Below are positions 63,001 through 64,000 of a stretch of DNA of 64,000 nt, piece after piece. Where the stretch lies: assembly GCA_002269645.1 (NCBI GenBank), contig NIVC01000417.1, positions 62,001 through 126,000 on the forward strand. The letters are read 5' to 3'. This stretch comes from Macrostomum lignano. Its lineage: Eukaryota. How positions within the stretch are numbered: the stretch's first letter is position 1; each line of letters opens with the position of its first letter. Both the position numbers and the translations under genes were made by a program. Below the pieces are notes generated by a model. That model was not told where the DNA came from and ran no database searches. It saw only the letters and a program-made list of their open reading frames with translations.

Positions 63001-64000
63001 AAAAGCCCGGACCAGCGCTAGAAAGCTCAAATCGGCGCAGGATAGCTCAAATTGGCGCGGGAAGTCAAATTTGGCGCCAGGATCACTAAATCGGCGCCAG
63101 GATCGCTGAATAAGAGCCGGAATGCTGAAAATAGCGCCAAAAAGCCCGGATCCAGCGTTGGAAAGCTGAAATCGGCGCAAGATAGCTAAAATTGGCGCGT
63201 GAAAGCTCAAATTGGCGCCGAAAGTCAAATTTGGCGCCAGGATCGCCGAATCGGCGCCAGAATCATCAAATCGGCGCCAGGATCGCTGAATCAGCGCCGA
63301 AATGCTGAAATCAGCTCAAGAAAACCTAAACCAGCGCTAGAAAGCTCAAATCGGCGCAGGATAGCTCAAATAGGCGCGGGAAAGCTCAAATTGGCGCCGG
63401 AAGTCAAATTTGGCGCCAGGGTCACCAAATCGGCGCCAGGATCGCTGAATCAGCGCCGGAATGCTGAAATCAGCTCAAGAAAACCTAAACCAGCGCTAGA
63501 AAGCTCAAATCAGCTCTAGAAAGCTCAAATCGGCGCAGGATAGCTCAAATTGGCGCGGGAAAGCTCAATTTGGCGCTGAAAGTCAAATTTGGCGCCAGGA
63601 TCACTAAATCGGCGCGAGGATCGCCAAATCAGCGTTGGAATGCTGAAATCAGCGCCATAAAGCCCGGACCAGCGCTGGAAAGCTTAACTTGGCGCGGTAA
63701 AGCTCAAATTGGCGCCGAAAGTCAAATTTGGCGCCAGGATCGCCGAATCGGCGCCAGGATCATCAAATCGGCGCCAGGATCGCTGAATCAGCGCCGAAAT
63801 GCTGAAATCAGCTCAAGAAAACCTAAACCAGCGCTAGAAAGCTCAAATCGGCGCAGGATAGCGCAAATCGGCGCGGGAAAGCTCAAATTGGCGCCGGAAG
63901 TCAAATTTGGCGCTAGGATCACCAAATCGGCGCCAGGATCGCTGAATCAGCGCCGAAATGCTGAAATCAGCTCAAGAAAACCTAAACCAGCGCTAGAAAG
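54039..64000. repeat. Large tandem repeat unit, copy 2 (runs off the window)
   Basis: Near-identical to copy 1 apart from a few SNPs, homopolymer differences and a ~544-bp shorter 49-bp satellite. Confidence 0.95.
56284..56475 (+). pseudogene. KDM3: Pseudogenised KDM3/JMJD1 JmjC-domain exon (copy 2)
   Basis: Identical duplicate with the same stop and frameshift. Confidence 0.85.

Overview
Repeat-rich eukaryotic (metazoan) genomic DNA with GT-AG introns. It is reminiscent of a free-living flatworm such as Macrostomum, but that is inference only. Host genes: (i) a complete 8-exon GCK-I/MAP4K3-5-like kinase on the minus strand (28139->15715, ~1012 aa, with kinase domain, long polyQ and CNH domain); (ii) a 4-exon secreted PAN-PAN-fibrinogen(FReD) gene at 36509-38700 with a +1 frameshift near its end; (iii) two small single-exon signal-peptide + single-TM ORFs (7616-7936, 12272-12616) with an identically spaced CCAAT box. 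Mobile DNA: a decayed Gypsy pol interrupted by two nested 8-bp-TSD DNA elements (one with a THAP remnant), RTE fragments, a young 5'-truncated RT-RNaseH LINE with a 15-bp TSD, two CORE-type tRNA-SINEs, several hAT MITEs, a hAT transposase relic, and many mini- and microsatellites. From 42184 to the end, the window is a near-identical head-to-tail tandem duplication of an 11,855-bp unit. The unit is bracketed by ~100-bp inverted repeats and carries decayed KDM3/JMJD1 JmjC exons, a (TTAGGG)5 tract, a higher-order 49-bp satellite and a satellite dense in E2F-consensus sites. All coordinates and translations were derived by hand; no database searches were run.
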